A DNA stretch of 62,954 nucleotides, taken from contig MCFE01000522.1 of assembly GCA_002104905.1 (NCBI GenBank), positions 1 through 62,954 on the forward strand, read 5' to 3'. Shown here piece after piece: positions 34,201 to 47,984 of this stretch. Position numbers and translations under genes: made by a program. A model generated the notes under the pieces. That model was not told the origin of the DNA. It did not search any database and was given only the letters and a program-made list of their open reading frames with translations. This DNA is from Basidiobolus meristosporus CBS 931.73 (Eukaryota > Fungi > Basidiobolomycota). Each line of letters opens with the position of its first letter. Position 1 is the first letter of the stretch.

Positions 34201-35091
34201 CTCAATGGACTCAATCTGTAAGGTGTCTTACTAGCGGGAGGGCTATTACTGATGTCAGTGGTTTGATTCATGTCTTTGACCAGAGGTAGGCTTACAAGCT
34301 CATGTGGAAATACATCTGAAAATTCCTTCAAAAGAGTCTGGGCCTCCTGGGGTACTGGAGTTGAGGAATCCTTGAGTAATACTGCCATGTGAAACATATG
34401 GGTGCCCTTTCTAAGTGCTCTACAGAACTGTGTCTTGCTTAGTTCACTTGTTTCACACACCCTGGAATTGACCAAGTTGAGACCCAGACTGGCAGGTAAT
34501 AGCTCATAGGTCTTGTAGTCCTGCTGGATCTGAAAAGCATGAGTTCTCCAGTTAATTCATGGATTACAACAAAATAGCCAGGTTTTTCCAAGTAGAAGGT
34601 CAAACTTGCAATCCGCAATTTTATAGGCCTATAGGTCTTCTTCATATTCATTAATCTTCATCCTTACAGGCTGACTAATACAGTTGATTATGTGAGAGTT
34701 CCCATCAGTTGTTCAGACTGTAGTTAATTTGGGGGGTTCCAAGTTGATTCCAGCCTTCACAGCAAGTTGCTCTGACATGTACTCATGCAATGCTTCTGAG
34801 TCAAATACAATCTTGGCAGGTACCCCATTGATTACTCCATTCAAATATAATAGCTTTGATGAGTTTGAGGTCATTTGGGATTGGTATTCTTCTGTCATAT
34901 CAAAGGTGAGCTCTGAGTCTTCTTCAAGTTCATTCACCATGTTACAATGCTCAGGGGCTTCAATAGGGCTGAAGTTTTTTGATGGCTGGTGTTCATTTCT
35001 TCTCTGAGGTCAGTACTTTGCAATATGCCCCTGCTGATGGCAATCAAAGCAAAGTCCTTCCTTCTTTCATTCTTCCAAGATAGGATTCTTC
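31211..35091 (-). mobile_element. Decayed G1 gypsy (3' LTR 31211-31579, PPT, INT, RH, RT, PR, end of gag); 5' part missing
   Basis: ORF fragments 31572-31883, 32115-32384, 33263-33532, 34065-34475 and 34713-34940 are homologous to the plus-strand G1. Confidence 0.88.
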
Positions 35092-35516
35092 TGTTATGAT
35101 CTGCCGCTTGAATGTTTAAGTAGATCAGTTTTTAGTCAAATCAATTAGTATATGTTTAGGTTATCAGTAGATCAGTATTATCTATGAAATCAGTAGCATT
35201 AGTCAGCAAATGAATCAGCAGATCCTTATCAGACAGAAATCAATATATTAAGTAGGATCTTGTTGGGTGATGATGATGCAATCAAATGAGTCATCAGCCA
35301 CAACCTACATTAGGAAATACAATCAGTCAGCAATTGATCTGGCAAAATGTATATAAGGAGCTGCTGGAACCTCAATAAAGATCAGTTCAAGTTTTAGTGA
35401 ATACAATACAAGCTAAACTCCCTATTCCTCTACAATTCTTATTCTAAGACTGGCAACATTGGTAGCAGTGATAAACAGAAACCTCCCTCCTGAAGAAAGA
35501 AGAAACCACCCTCAAG

Positions 35517-38500
35517 ATGTTGGACAATCAAGAATGGAAGAATGCCATGCAGCAAATCCTGGCCCAACAGCAACAGTTACTCCAGATCCTCAGCCAACAG
35601 CAACAAGGAATGACTACCATGGCTCAGAACCAGCAAAGCCCTGTTAAGAGCAACTTTAGTGTGAAGGTCAACCGGTACCATGGCAGAGTCAATCAAAACC
35701 TGGGAACTTGGCTCTTTAAGATTGAAGAAGCTTTTAAAGCTAAAGGAATTGCTTCAGAAAGCAAGTTGCATTATGCAGCTTCCTACCTGACAGATGCAGC
35801 TTTACAGTGGTACCACAACAAGATCAGGTCGGCCACTATGATGGGATGCTCTACAATCTCTACCTGGGATGAGTTTGTGTTGGAAATTCAGAATGCTTTT
35901 GAACCTCCACACCAGCAGCCACTACTAAGAAGGAAGTTAAAGATACTCAGACAGAAAGGAATGGTGCAAGAATACATCTATGAGTACAGATGTCTACTTG
36001 GACAAATTGAAAGAATGGACCCCTTAGATCAAGTTGAATACTTTATTGATGGGTTGAAAGAAAGAACTTGCAAGGAAGTCAATTACCGAAGACCTCAGAC
36101 TATTGAAGCAGCCATCAAGATTGCCATTGACTATGACTCAGCTATGTTTGGAGTTGGGAAGCCTATAGTGACTAATCAGAAAGGCTACAATCATTATGAA
36201 AGAAGACAATCAGAAGCAGTACCAATGGAAATAGATGCTATGCAGAAGAATCCTACCTCAGAAGAATGTAAGAAGAAAGGACTTTGTTTCAATTGCCACC
36301 AGCAAGGACATATTGCAAAGTACTGCCCTCAGAGAAGAAATGGACACCAGCCAACAAGAACCTTAAACCATATTGAGTCCCATGAACACAGTAATGTGGA
36401 AGATGAGCTTGAAGAAGACTTGGAACTCACCTTCCATATGACAGAAGAGTACTTGTCCCAAATGACCTCAAACTCAGGGAAGTTATTGTACTTGAATGGA
36501 GTAATCAATGGAGTACCTGCTAAGATCATGATTGACTCAGGAGCATTGCATGAGTACATGTTGGAGCAATTTGCCTTGAAAGCTGGAATCAACTCGGAAC
36601 CTACCAAATCAACTTCAGTCTCCACCGCTGATGGGAACTCTCACATAATCAACCTTATTAGCCAGCCAGTAAGAATGAAGATCAATAACTATGAAGAAGA
36701 CCTACAGGCTTATATATTTGGGAACTGCAAGTTTGACCTTGTACTTGTAAAAACCTGGCTATTTTGTTGTAATCCATCAATCAACTGGAGAACCCATGCA
36801 ACTCAGATCCAAAAGGACAACAAGACCTATGAGCTATTACCTGCCAGGCTGGATTTCAACTTGGTCAATTCCAGTATGTGTGAGACAAGTGAACTTGGCA
36901 AGACCCAGTTCTGTAGAGCGCTTAGAAAAGGCACTCAGATGTTCCTCATGGCGGTTTTACAGGAGGATTCCTCTACCCCAGCACCCCAGCAGGTCCAGAC
37001 TCTCTTGAAGAAATATATGGACGTGTTTCCAGATGAGCTTGTAAGCCTACCACCAGTCAGAGACATGGATCATGCCATTGACACAGGAGATAGCCCTCCA
37101 GTCAGCAAAACACCTTACAGAATGAGTCCATTGGAATTGAAGGAAATGAAGAGACAAATTGATCAGCTATTGGAGCAAGGATACATCACGCCCAGAAAGT
37201 CACCCTGGGGAGCACCAGTGCTTTTTGTGAAAAAGAAGGATGGAACACTTAGGACGTGCATTGACTACAGAGCCCTGAACCCAGTTACCGTCAAGAATAA
37301 GTACCCCATACCTTGGATTGATGAGCTTTTGTACCAACTTAATGGATCCACTATTTTCAGCAAGATTGACCTCATGTCAGGATACAACCAGATTAGGGTG
37401 AAGCCAGAAGATATCCCTAAGACAGCATTCAGAACCAGATATGGACATTACGAGTACTTAGTCATGAGTTTTGGCCTCACCAATGCCCCTGCAACTTTCA
37501 TGACCCTGATGCAGACTGTCTTCCAGGAGTACTTAGACAAGTTTGTGATAATCTACCTAGATGACATATTGATATACAGCAAGACAGAAGAGGATCATTT
37601 GGTGCACATTGAAAAGGTCTCAAAGAACCTAAGAGAGAACAAGCTTTATGGCAAGCTACCCAAGTGTGAATTCTTCAAGGAACAAGTTGAATACCTGGGA
37701 CACAGAGTGACTAGCACAGGAGTGACCTTAGACCCCAAGAAGGTGGAAGTAATCAAGAATTTGAAGCAGCCCTATAGCATATCAGAACTCAGATCATTCC
37801 TTGGAATGGTTTCCTATTATTGGAGATTTGTCAAGTCTTTTGCAAGTATTGCAGTTCCTTACACTGATATCCTCAAGAAAGACAATACCTACAAGTGGGA
37901 CATAGCTTGTGAGACTGCCCTCCAGATGCTCAAGAATGAACTTGCTAAGCTGCCAAGCTTAAGAATACCAGACTTCAGAAATGAGTTCACTCTGTGCATA
38001 GATGCTTCAGATTATGCAATTGGTGGAGTGCTGAACCAAGAACACAAGGGAAAGGACTACACTGTTGCCTTTGAATCCAAGAAACTGAACTCAGCAGAAC
38101 AAAACTATCCAGTCCATGAGAAGGAGATGCTTGCTATAATACACTGTTTGAAGACATGGAGATGCTATATTGAAGGAGTCAAATGCACTGCGAAGACTGA
38201 TCATGCCTCCCTCAAGTATATATTTACTCAGAAGGTACTCTCTAGAAGAATGACAAGATGGAGTGAATACATTCCGCAATTTGACCTGGAGATTGTCTAC
38301 TGCCCTGGAAAAAACAACACGGTTGCTGACGCCTTAACAAGATTGGATCAAGCTGCACAACTCAACTTGGTGCATGAATCAGATTGGCCTAGCCTATTAC
38401 CAAAGTTCTTGGAGGACCAAGCCATTCCTAATGAGGTGGATGAAGATATCAAGAAGATAATCCATGATGAAGCCAGCAAATTTGTTGTACAGGATGAAAC

Positions 38501-38558
38501 ACTCTACCAAATTGTTGATGGAAGCCTATTGCCTATTGTCCTTATGTTGCTTGCCTGA
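35517..38558 (+). CDS. gag-pol: G1 gag-pol polyprotein (single frame: gag, CCHC knuckle, aspartic protease, RT, RNase H), ended by a 1-bp deletion
   Basis: [58 protein letters not shown]. The frame is lost near 38526 relative to the minus copy. Confidence 0.92.
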   Translation: MLDNQEWKNAMQQILAQQQQLLQILSQQQQGMTTMAQNQQSPVKSNFSVKVNRYHGRVNQNLGTWLFKIEEAFKAKGIASESKLHYAASYLTDAALQWYHNKIRSATMMGCSTISTWDEFVLEIQNAFEPPHQQPLLRRKLKILRQKGMVQEYIYEYRCLLGQIERMDPLDQVEYFIDGLKERTCKEVNYRRPQTIEAAIKIAIDYDSAMFGVGKPIVTNQKGYNHYERRQSEAVPMEIDAMQKNPTSEECKKKGLCFNCHQQGHIAKYCPQRRNGHQPTRTLNHIESHEHSNVEDELEEDLELTFHMTEEYLSQMTSNSGKLLYLNGVINGVPAKIMIDSGALHEYMLEQFALKAGINSEPTKSTSVSTADGNSHIINLISQPVRMKINNYEEDLQAYIFGNCKFDLVLVKTWLFCCNPSINWRTHATQIQKDNKTYELLPARLDFNLVNSSMCETSELGKTQFCRALRKGTQMFLMAVLQEDSSTPAPQQVQTLLKKYMDVFPDELVSLPPVRDMDHAIDTGDSPPVSKTPYRMSPLELKEMKRQIDQLLEQGYITPRKSPWGAPVLFVKKKDGTLRTCIDYRALNPVTVKNKYPIPWIDELLYQLNGSTIFSKIDLMSGYNQIRVKPEDIPKTAFRTRYGHYEYLVMSFGLTNAPATFMTLMQTVFQEYLDKFVIIYLDDILIYSKTEEDHLVHIEKVSKNLRENKLYGKLPKCEFFKEQVEYLGHRVTSTGVTLDPKKVEVIKNLKQPYSISELRSFLGMVSYYWRFVKSFASIAVPYTDILKKDNTYKWDIACETALQMLKNELAKLPSLRIPDFRNEFTLCIDASDYAIGGVLNQEHKGKDYTVAFESKKLNSAEQNYPVHEKEMLAIIHCLKTWRCYIEGVKCTAKTDHASLKYIFTQKVLSRRMTRWSEYIPQFDLEIVYCPGKNNTVADALTRLDQAAQLNLVHESDWPSLLPKFLEDQAIPNEVDEDIKKIIHDEASKFVVQDETLYQIVDGSLLPIVLMLLA

Positions 38559-38610
38559 ATTTAATACATAAGCTACACAATGGATATGGACATCTTGGGA
38601 TTGAAGGAAC

Positions 38611-41600
38611 TGTTGAAATATTGGACTATTTGGTATCATTCAGCAGCTAAAAATTTACTTAACAATTCTAGGCTAGTCTTAGTCACTGTAGGACTCATTT
38701 ACTGCCTTAACTTCGCCACTTTCTCCAGATATATGATCTTATGATTATTCCCCTATAGTCAGGATCAAATTAGCACTATTACCAAACATTATGTACTAAC
38801 CCTGAAACTGTTACAGAATGCTCCTGAATATTGAGAAACCCTCCCTACTTAGTGTTGCAGCTGTATTACTTCTACAAAGGTATAAATACAGAGCTTCTTT
38901 ATGAACAAACAACAGTTCAACTATTATCACTATTTCTTGATAAGTTTCTTATATCCAAATCACTTCTTAAATTGCAACAGGTTATGAGCCCCGATTGCCT
39001 TAATCTATTCTAAAGATGACTTCTACCAGCAAACAAAGCAATACCAACATCTTCCCTGTAAAGGAGAGGTTTGATGGGAAGAACTACAGACTTTGGAGAA
39101 TCAAGATGCAGATCCACCTTGAGGAAAGAAAGCTTTGGAACATAGTAACAGGAAAGGAAGTTGAGCCCAAAGGAACAGCAGAAGATGTGGAGAAGTTTCA
39201 AGAGAAGGAGAGAAAGGCCTTCAATGCAATATGCATCAATGTGCAAGACTCCTTCATTGGACAAATCCATGCCTCAAATACTGCCAAAGCAGCATGGGAA
39301 TCCTTAGAGAAGATCTTTAGAGCAAAGTCAGTATCAAGCAAGCTTTATTTGAAACAAAAGTTTTTCAACATGAGAAAAAAGCCAGATGATGACATGCTAC
39401 AACTCATTACCAGAATGGAGACACTTGCAGAAGAACTTTACAGTATTAATGCTGGTGTAGATGATGAAGAAAAGATACTCTGTCTGCTTTGCAGCCTACC
39501 AGACGAGTATGAGCCACTCATACTTTCTTTTGAAAGCAGAGAAGACAACTTGACTTTAGACTATGTCAAAGGAAGACTTCTCCATGAAGAACTCAGACGT
39601 AATGATCAAGCAGAGAAAATTGAAGAGAATGCTTTATTCAGCTCAGAGAGGCATACAGAAAAGAAGGGAAAGCAACAAAACCGAAGAAAACCTGGCTGCT
39701 GTAACTACTGTAAGAAACCAGGACACTGGGCAAGAGAATGCAAGAAGAAACAAGCAGACGAAAAACAGAAACTAGAGCAGGCAAACCATATAACTACTGA
39801 TGAACAGCTATTTGTCACTGTACAAGAGAGTGCAAGTAACCAAAGTAATGAGTGGTATATTGACTCTGGAGCATCACAGCATAATTGTGGTATAAAGGAT
39901 TGGTTCAGCAACTTAAAGACTATTCCCGTAAGAAAGGTTTATCTGGGAGATAACTCTGCATTGGAAGCTACCGCCAGTGGGTCTATACAACTAAATATGA
40001 GTAATAACTCAGGGGCAACAACAGCAAAACTGACTGACGTACTCTATGTACCTGGAATAGCTTAGAACCTACTCTCAGTCAGTAAAGCAACTACTCAGGG
40101 ACTGAAATTTGTTTTTACTAAGCTGAGCTGCTCAATATTGAGTGAAAATGGACAAAAATTAGCTTTGGGAATCAGAGATCACAATATATACAAGTTACAA
40201 TGCAAGATCATTGTACCTGAGTATGTCAACATTGCTGAAACTGATGAAACCAACTGGGAGACGTGGCATAGGAGGCTAGGACACATAGGGGAACAGAAAA
40301 TGAGCCAATTGGTGAAAAATCAGCTTGTTTTGGGCCTAAAATACTCAATTCCGATCAAATTGAATGTTTGTAAGGGATGTTCAAATGGCAAACAAGCTAG
40401 GCAACGTTTCAAGAGCTCAGAAGGCATCAATACCACCGAAATTTTGGCTATTGTACACTCAGACATATGTGGCCCCATGAGAACACTGTCCTTTGGAGCC
40501 AAGAGATACTTTATGACGTTTATTGATGACAAGACAAGATATACATGGGTGTACTTCCTCAAAACAAAGGATGAAGCTTTAGAGACGTTTAAGCACTTCA
40601 AAAACATGGCAGAAACACAAACTGGGTGTAAATTGAAGGTACTACGAAGTGACAATGGAGGAGAATACTGCTCAAAGGAGTTTGCAAAATACTGCTTGTC
40701 TACTGGTATACTTCAACAGACCACAGTTCCTCATACTCCACAGCAAAATGGAGTAGCAGAACGTGCAAACAGAACAATAGTAGAGATGGGAAGATCTATG
40801 CTACATGATAAGGGAATGAACTACAAGTTTTGGGCTGAATCTGTTGCTACCGCTGTATACATCAAGAACAGATGCCCAACAACAGCACTACGTGATTCTA
40901 CACCCTTTGAAGCATATACAGGCAAAAAACCAGATCTCCAGCACCTCAGGATCTTTGGCAGTGATGCTTTTTATCACATCACTGACAAAAAACGCTCAAA
41001 GTTGGAACCAAAGAGTAGAAAAGGGATCTTTCTTGGGTATTGTGAGGATACTAAAGGGTATAGAGTGTATGATGGCGAAATTCAGAAGCTGATCAAGAGC
41101 AGGGACGTTGTATTTGAGGAAAATTCAGATCAGAAAGCCACAGAAATCATTGGCCAGCTGCCTGATGATGCAATCAACACAAATGAAGAAGATACAAACC
41201 AAATCCAGCCATAGATGGAAGATACTTCTACCAGTTCCAGATCAGAACAGATTATCCCAGTTCGGAGATCTACCAGAATAAGAAATGCCCCTGGATCCTG
41301 GTGGCAGACATCCAATGATCATGAAGAAGCTTATCTTGCCTTATGTGCCGAACCTCAGAATCTGGAACAGGCAATGCAAGGTCCAGATGCTACTAAGTGG
41401 CAACAAGCCATGCAGGAGGAGTACCAATCACTGATCAAGGCAAAAACGTGGGAACTGGTAGATTTACCAAATGGGAGAAAGCCAATAGGATGTAGATGGG
41501 TCTACAAGATTGAGATAACCTCAAATGGTGCCGTTGATAAGTACAAGGCTAGATTGGTAGCTAAAGGCTATTCCCAGATCCAGGGACTAGACTTTAAGGA

Positions 41601-43295
41601 AACATTTGCTCCGGTTGCCAAGTTTAACTCTATTAGGACAGTTCTAGCCCTGGCAGCTGTACACAGTTTAGATCTACACCAAATGGACGTCAAAACAGCC
41701 TTTCTAAATGGGGATTTGCAAGAAACTATATATATGGAGCAACCAGAAGGTTTTACCAATCCAAAAAGCCCCTATAAGGTGTGCAAACTTAGAAAATCGT
41801 TGTATGGGCCTAAGCAGGCACCCAGAGCATGGTATAACAAGATTGACACATATCTAGAGGAAATTGGGTTCTCTTGTAGCACTGCAGATCACAGTATATA
41901 TGTGAAACAGCTCAAAAAGGGTGTGATCATCCTAGTTCTTTATGTGGACGACCTAATTATAGCTACAAGTGATCAAGAGGCACTTAAACAGACGAAATCA
42001 GATCTCTTCAGCAAGTTTGAGATGAAAGATCTTGGAAAATTGAGCTATTTTCTTGGAATTGAGGACAAATTTGACATACCTACGCAGAAAATTGTGCTGA
42101 ATCAGTCTAAGTACATCAGGGACATTCTTAGACGCTTCAAAATGGAAAATTGCAAGCCTGCAGCAACCCCTATGGACAATAACCTAAAATTAAGCAAATC
42201 TCAGCCAGTTATAGATGAAAACGGCTCAAATATGGACCAAAACTTTCCCTATCAATCAATGGTTGGTAGCCTAATGTACTTGATGGTGTCTACACGTCCA
42301 GATATTGCAGTAGCAGTTGGAATAGTCAGTCAATTCATGCAGAATTATGGATCAGATCAAATTGCAGCAGTTAAGCGGATTTTCAGATATCTACAAGGTA
42401 CCATAAATATGGTACTGGAATACTCTGGAGCAGCAAATAGGCAAAAATTTGATGGTTATAGTGATTCAGATTGGGGTAGGGATTTGATTGACAGACGCTC
42501 TACCACAGGCTATGTATTTCTTTATGCTGGTGCAGCTATTACTTGGATTGCAAGAAACAACCAACTGTGGCACTATCTACAACTGAAGCCGAGTATATGG
42601 CTGCATGTCAAGCAACTAAGGAGGCTATATGGCTACAAAAATTATTCAAAGACTTAGGTTTTAATTCAGGTGAACCAACATGTATTTACAAGGATACTCA
42701 AAGTTGTATTTCATTAGCTAGAAATCCTACTAATCATGCCAGAACTAAGCACATTGATACACAGCATCACTTTGTGAGGGAAGCTGTAGAAAATAACTTA
42801 GTGGAGCTGGTTTACTGCCCAACTGACAAAATGGTGGCAGACATATTGACAAAACCACTAGCTAGGCCACAGTTTGAGATCCTTAGAGAGAAATTGGGAT
42901 TAAGAAATTATTTAGTTGAGGGGGAGTGTTGAAATATTGGACTATTTGGTATCATTCAGCAGCTAAAAATTTACTTAACAATTCTAGGCTAGTCTTAGTC
43001 ACTGTAGGACTCATTTACTGCCTTAACTTTGCCACTTTCTCCAGATATATGATCTTATGATTATTCCCCTATAGTCAGGATCAAATTAACACTATTACCA
43101 AACATTATGTACTAACCCTGAAACTGTTACAGCATGCTCCTGAATATTGAGAAACCCTCCCTACTTAGTGTTGCAGCTGTATTACTTCTACAAAGGTATA
43201 AATACTGAGCTTCTTTATGAATAAACAACAGTTCAACTATTATCACTATCTCTTGATATGTTTCTTATATCCAAATCACTTCTTAAATTGCAACA
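38611..43295 (+). mobile_element. Full-length Copia-B retrotransposon inserted in the G1 integrase zinc finger
   Basis: 369-bp LTRs at 38611-38979 and 42927-43295 (about 7 differences); TSD ggaac; PBS ggttatgagccc at 38980-38991; PPT gagggggag at 42918-42926. Confidence 0.96.
39016..42932 (+). pseudogene. gag-pol: Copia-B gag-pol (two in-frame TAGs, one frameshift)
   Basis: 39016-40065, 40138-41214 and 41215-42657 share one frame. TAG at 40063 is AAG in the sister copy. 1-bp loss near 42546 (tggattgc versus tggaattgc). CNYCKKPGHWAREC, WYIDSGAS, DICGP, DNGGE, YVDD, YSDSD motifs. Confidence 0.92.
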
Positions 43296-43310
43296 GGAAC
43301 TTATAGCCTT

Positions 43311-43753
43311 GTGAAAGCCAGAGCATGGTGGCCCAGATTGAAACAAGATATTGAGAAGCTAGTGAAAACATGCCCAAACTGCCAAATCAATCAAGGCCAG
43401 CCACAAAGAATTGCCAAACTCTTCCCTTTGGAGCCTGTAAGACCATTTGAGAGATGGGGAATTGACTTTATTGGAAGATTGCCAACTACCAGGAAATGCA
43501 ACCATTGGATCCTAGTAGCAATTGACCATGCCACTAAATGGCCAGTTGCTAAAGCTGTACCAATAGCCAGTGAACAAGAAGTTGCAAGTTTCATTTACCA
43601 TGAGATCCTGATGAAGTTTGGATGCCCTGTGGAGATCTTATCCAATAGAGGTGCAAAAGTTATGGCAAAGACATTAGAGACTTACCTGGAAATGCAGCAG
43701 ATCAGACACTTGAAAACCTTGGCATATCACCCCAGAACTAATGGTGTCACTGA
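43311..43753 (+). pseudogene. G1 integrase core fragment
   Basis: WWP, CPNC, PFERWGIDFIG, AIDHATKW, YHPRTNG; ends abruptly before the LTR at 43760. Confidence 0.88.
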
Positions 43754-44126
43754 TTCTTCTGTTATGATCTGCTGCTTGAATGTTTAAGTAGATCAGTTTT
43801 TAGTCAAATCAATTAGTATATGTTTAGGTTATCAGTATATCAGTATTATCTATGAAATCAGTAGCATTAGTCAGCAAATGAATCAGCAGATCCTTATCAG
43901 ACAGAAATCAATATATTAAGTAGGATCTTATTGGGTGATGATGATGCAATCAAATGAGTCTTCAGCCACAACCTACATTAGGAAATACAATTAGTCAGCA
44001 ATTGATCTGACAAAATGTATATAAGAAGCTGCTGGAACCTCAATAAAAATCAGTTCAAGTTTTAGTGAATACAATACTAGCTAAACTCCCTATTCCTCTA
44101 CAACTCTTATACCAAGACTTGTAACA

Positions 44127-47100
44127 ACTTACAGCTCTAACTTTGCCACTCTTTTCAGATCTATGATCTTATGATTTTTCCCCTGTAGTCAGGATCAATG
44201 TAGCACTAATACTAACTATTATATACTAACCCTGAAACTGTTACAGAATGCTCCTGAATATTGAGAAACCCTCCTTACTTAGTGTTACAGCTGTATTACT
44301 TCTACAGAGGTATAAATACTGAGCTTCTTTATTAATACACAACAGTTCAACTATTATAACTATTTCTTAATAAGTTCCTTATATCCAAATCACTTCTTAA
44401 ATTGCAACAGGTTATGAGCCCCAATTGCCATAATCTATTTTAAAGATGACTTCTACCTGCAAACAGAACAACACAAACATCTTCCCTGTAAAGGAGAGGT
44501 TTGATGGAAAGAACTACAGACTTTGGAGAATCAAGATGCAGATCCACCTTGAGGAAAGGAAGCTTTGGAATATAGTAACAGGAAAAGAAGCTGAACCTAA
44601 AGAAACAGCAGAAGAAGTGGAGAAGTTTCAAGAGAAGGAGAGAAAGGCCTTTAATGCCATATGTATCAATGTGCAAGATTTCTTCATTGGACAAATCCAT
44701 GCCTCAAATACTGCCAAAGCAGCATGGGAGTCCTTAGAGAAGATCTTTAGAACAAAGTCAGTATCAAGCAAGCTTTATTCAAAACAAAAGTTCTTCAACA
44801 TGAGGAAGAAACCAGATGATGACATGCTGCAACTCATTACCAAAATGGAGACACTTGCAGAAGAACTTTATAGTATTAATGCTGGTGTAGATGATGAAGA
44901 AAGGATACTCTGTCTGCTTTGCAGCCTACCAGACAAGTATGAGCCACTCATAATTACTTTTGAAAGCAGAGAAGACAACTTGACTTTAGACTATGTCAGA
45001 AGAAGACCTCTCCATGAAGAACTCAAACGTAACAATCAAGCAGAGAAAATCAAAGATAATGCTTTATTCAGTTCATAAAGGCACTCAGAAAAGAAGGGAA
45101 AACAACAAAACCAACAAAAACCTGGTTACTGCAACTACTGTAAAAAGCCAGGACACTGGGCAAGAGAATGCAAGAAGAAACAAGCAGACAAAAAACAGAA
45201 ACCAGAGCAGGCAAGCTATGTAACTACTGATGAACAGTTATTTGTAACTGTACAAGAGAGTGCAAGTAACCAAAGTAATGAATGGTACATTGACTCTGGA
45301 GCATCACACCATATTTGTGGTATAAAGGAGTGGTTCAGCAACCTGAAAACTATTCCCGTAAGAAAGGTTTATCTGGGAGATAGCTCTGCTCTGGAAGCTA
45401 CCACAGGTGGGTCTACACAACTAAATATGAGCAATAGCTCAGGGGCAACTACACCAAGACTCACTGACGTACTCTATGTACCTGGAATAGCTAAGAACTT
45501 ACTCTCAGTCAGCAAAGCAACTGCTCAGGTGCTGAAATTTGTTTTACTAAGATGAGCTGCTTAATATTGAGCAAGAATGGACAAAGATTAGCTTTGGGAA
45601 TCAGAGATCACAATATATACAAGTAACAATGCAAGATCATTGTATCCAAGTATATCAACATTGCTGAAACTGATTAAATCAACTGGAAGACGTGGCATAG
45701 GAGGCTAGGACACATTGGGGAACAGAAAATGAGCCAATTGGTGAAAAATCAGCTTGTTTTGGGCCTAAAATACTCAATTCCAATCAAATTGAATGTTTGT
45801 AAGGGATGTTCATATGGCAAACAAGCTAGGCAACGTTTCAAGAGCTCAGAAGGCATCAATATCACCAATATATTGGCTACGGTACACTCAGACATATGTG
45901 GCCCCATGAGAACACTGTCCTTTGGAGCCAAGAGATACTTTATGATGTTTATTGATAACAAAACAAGATATACATGGGTGTACCTCCTCAAAACAAAGGA
46001 TGAAGCTTTAGAGACGTTTAAGCACTTCAAAAACATGGCAGAAATACAAGCTGGGTGTAAATTGAAGGTACTACAAAGTGACAATGGAGGAGGAAACTGC
46101 TCAAAGAAGTTTGCAAAATACTGCTCATCTACTGCTATACTTCAACAGACCACAGTTCCTCATACTCCACAGCAAAATGGAGTAGCAGAACGTGCAAATA
46201 GAACAGTAGTAGAAATGGGAAGATCTATGCTACATGATTAGGGAATGGCCTACAGGTTTTGGGCTGAGTCTGTTGCTACCACTGTATATATCAAGAATAG
46301 ATGCCCAACAACAGTACTATGTGATTCTACACCCTGTGAAGCATATACAGGCAAAAAACCAGATTGCCAGCACCTCAAGATCTTTGGCAGTGATGTTTTT
46401 TATCATATCCCTGACAAAAAATGTTCAAAGTTGGAACCAATATGGTACTAGAATACTCTGAAGCTGCTAATAGGCAAATATTTGATGGTTATAGTGATTC
46501 AGATTGGGGTAGGGATCTGATTGACAGATGCTGTACCACAGGCTATGTATTTCTTTATGCTGGTGCAGCTATTACTTGGAATTGCAAGAAACAACAAACT
46601 GTGGCCCTATCTACAACTGAAGCCAAATATATGGCTGCATGTCAAGCAACTAAGGAGGCTATATAGCTACAAAGATTATTCAAAGACTTAGGTTTTAATT
46701 CAGATGAACTAACATGTATTTAGAAGGATAATCAATGTTGTATTTCATTAGCTAGAAATCCTACTAATCATGCCAGAACTAAGCACATTGATATACAGCA
46801 TCACTTTGTGAGGGAAGCTGTACAAAATAACTTAGTTGACTTATTGTACTGCCAACTAACAAAATGGTGGCAGATATATTGACAACACCACTAGCTAGGC
46901 CACAATTTGAGAATCTCAGAGAGGAATTAGGATTAAGAAATTATTTAGTTGAGGGAGAGTGTTGAAATATTGGACTATTTGGTATCATTCTGCAGCAAAA
47001 GCTTTACTTAACAATTCTGGACTAGTCTTGGTCACTGCAGGACTCAATTACAGCTCTAACTTTGCCACCTTCTTGAGAATCTATGATCCAATGATTATTC

Positions 47101-47329
47101 CCCTATAGTCAGGAGCAAATTAGCACTAATACTAACTATTATGTACTAACCCTAAAACTGTTACAGAATGCTCCTGAATATTGAGAAACCCTCCTTACTC
47201 AGTGTTAAAGCTGTATTATTTCTGCACAGGTATAAATACTCAGCCTTGTTATTAATAAAAAACAGTTCAAGTATTATCACTATTTCTTGATAAGTTCCTT
47301 ATATCCAAATCACTTCTTAAATTGCAACA
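44127..47329 (+). mobile_element. Copia-B copy 2 (5' LTR truncated 44127-44409; internal deletion of most of RT; 3' LTR 46960-47329)
   Basis: PBS at 44410-44421; gag ORF 44446-45078; INT 45729-46241 is fused at about 46440 to the RT end; PPT gagggagag. Confidence 0.9.
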
Positions 47330-47936
47330 GAAAATACCACCAGCACCAGATGAGTGCAGATCACCCCAGTTTGGAGACTTACCAAAATTGGATATGCCCT
47401 CAGATCTTGGTGGCAGGCATCAAATGACAATGAAAAAGCTCATTGTGCCTTAAATGCAAAACCTATGTATTTGGAATTGATGGGCATGCAAGATCTGGAT
47501 AACTTCATATGGTCCATTGATAAGTATAAGACACAAGTGGTGGCTAAAGGCTATTCCCTACTCTAGAGACTAGGCAATAGGGAACATGTACTCTGGTAGA
47601 CCATTTTACCTCCCTTAGCAGAGTTATAGCCCTGACTGCTGAGCAGAGCTTACATACACACTAAATGTACATTAAAGCAACTTTTATAAGTCAGGATATG
47701 CAAAAAGTGTGTGTAAATAGCAACCTATAGGTTTACATTGCTGCTGATCACTCATTTAATTGCTATATCATCACCCAGTTAGATTCTACTTTATATCTCT
47801 GGATCTGTCTGATACAGATCTGCTGAATAATACTCCTTACTTATTCACTGATACTGATATAGTGATTAGTCAAACATGAAACAAATTGATTTGACTAAAA
47901 ATAGATCTAACTTAAATGTTCTACCATACTACAACA
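47330..47936. pseudogene. Old Copia-B-like INT-RT linker/RT remnant (plus), followed by a diverged G1-like LTR fragment (minus, about 47800-47936)
   Basis: cagatcaccccagtt...ttggtggcaggcatcaaatgac resembles about 41245-41330. The reverse complement of the end resembles tttaagttagatc.tttttagtcaaatcaatt of LTR-G1. Confidence 0.55.
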
Positions 47937-47984
47937 GACTACATTGCTCAGGTGTGACTAAGAGATCTAACAGGGACTTGATAG

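Larger units (their letters stand above)
35092..44126 (+). mobile_element. G1 Ty3/gypsy element (5' LTR 35092-35458, LTR 43760-44126), interrupted by Copia-B, with integrase C-half and PPT missing
   Basis: 367-bp LTRs; PBS tggtagcag at 35460; long gag-pol ORF; integrase resumes at 43301 after the TSD; no matching TSD at the outer ends. Confidence 0.88.

Noticed and set aside
40063-40065. Programmed stop-codon readthrough in Copia-B
   Set aside because: The sister copy has AAG, as does the Copia-A homolog (IAKNLLS), so this is a nonsense mutation.
36329-45911. Many antisense ORFs over gag-pol regions (for example 36329-36625, 40320-40655, 45749-46084)
   Set aside because: These are shadow frames of coding sequence, and recurrence reflects repeat copies.
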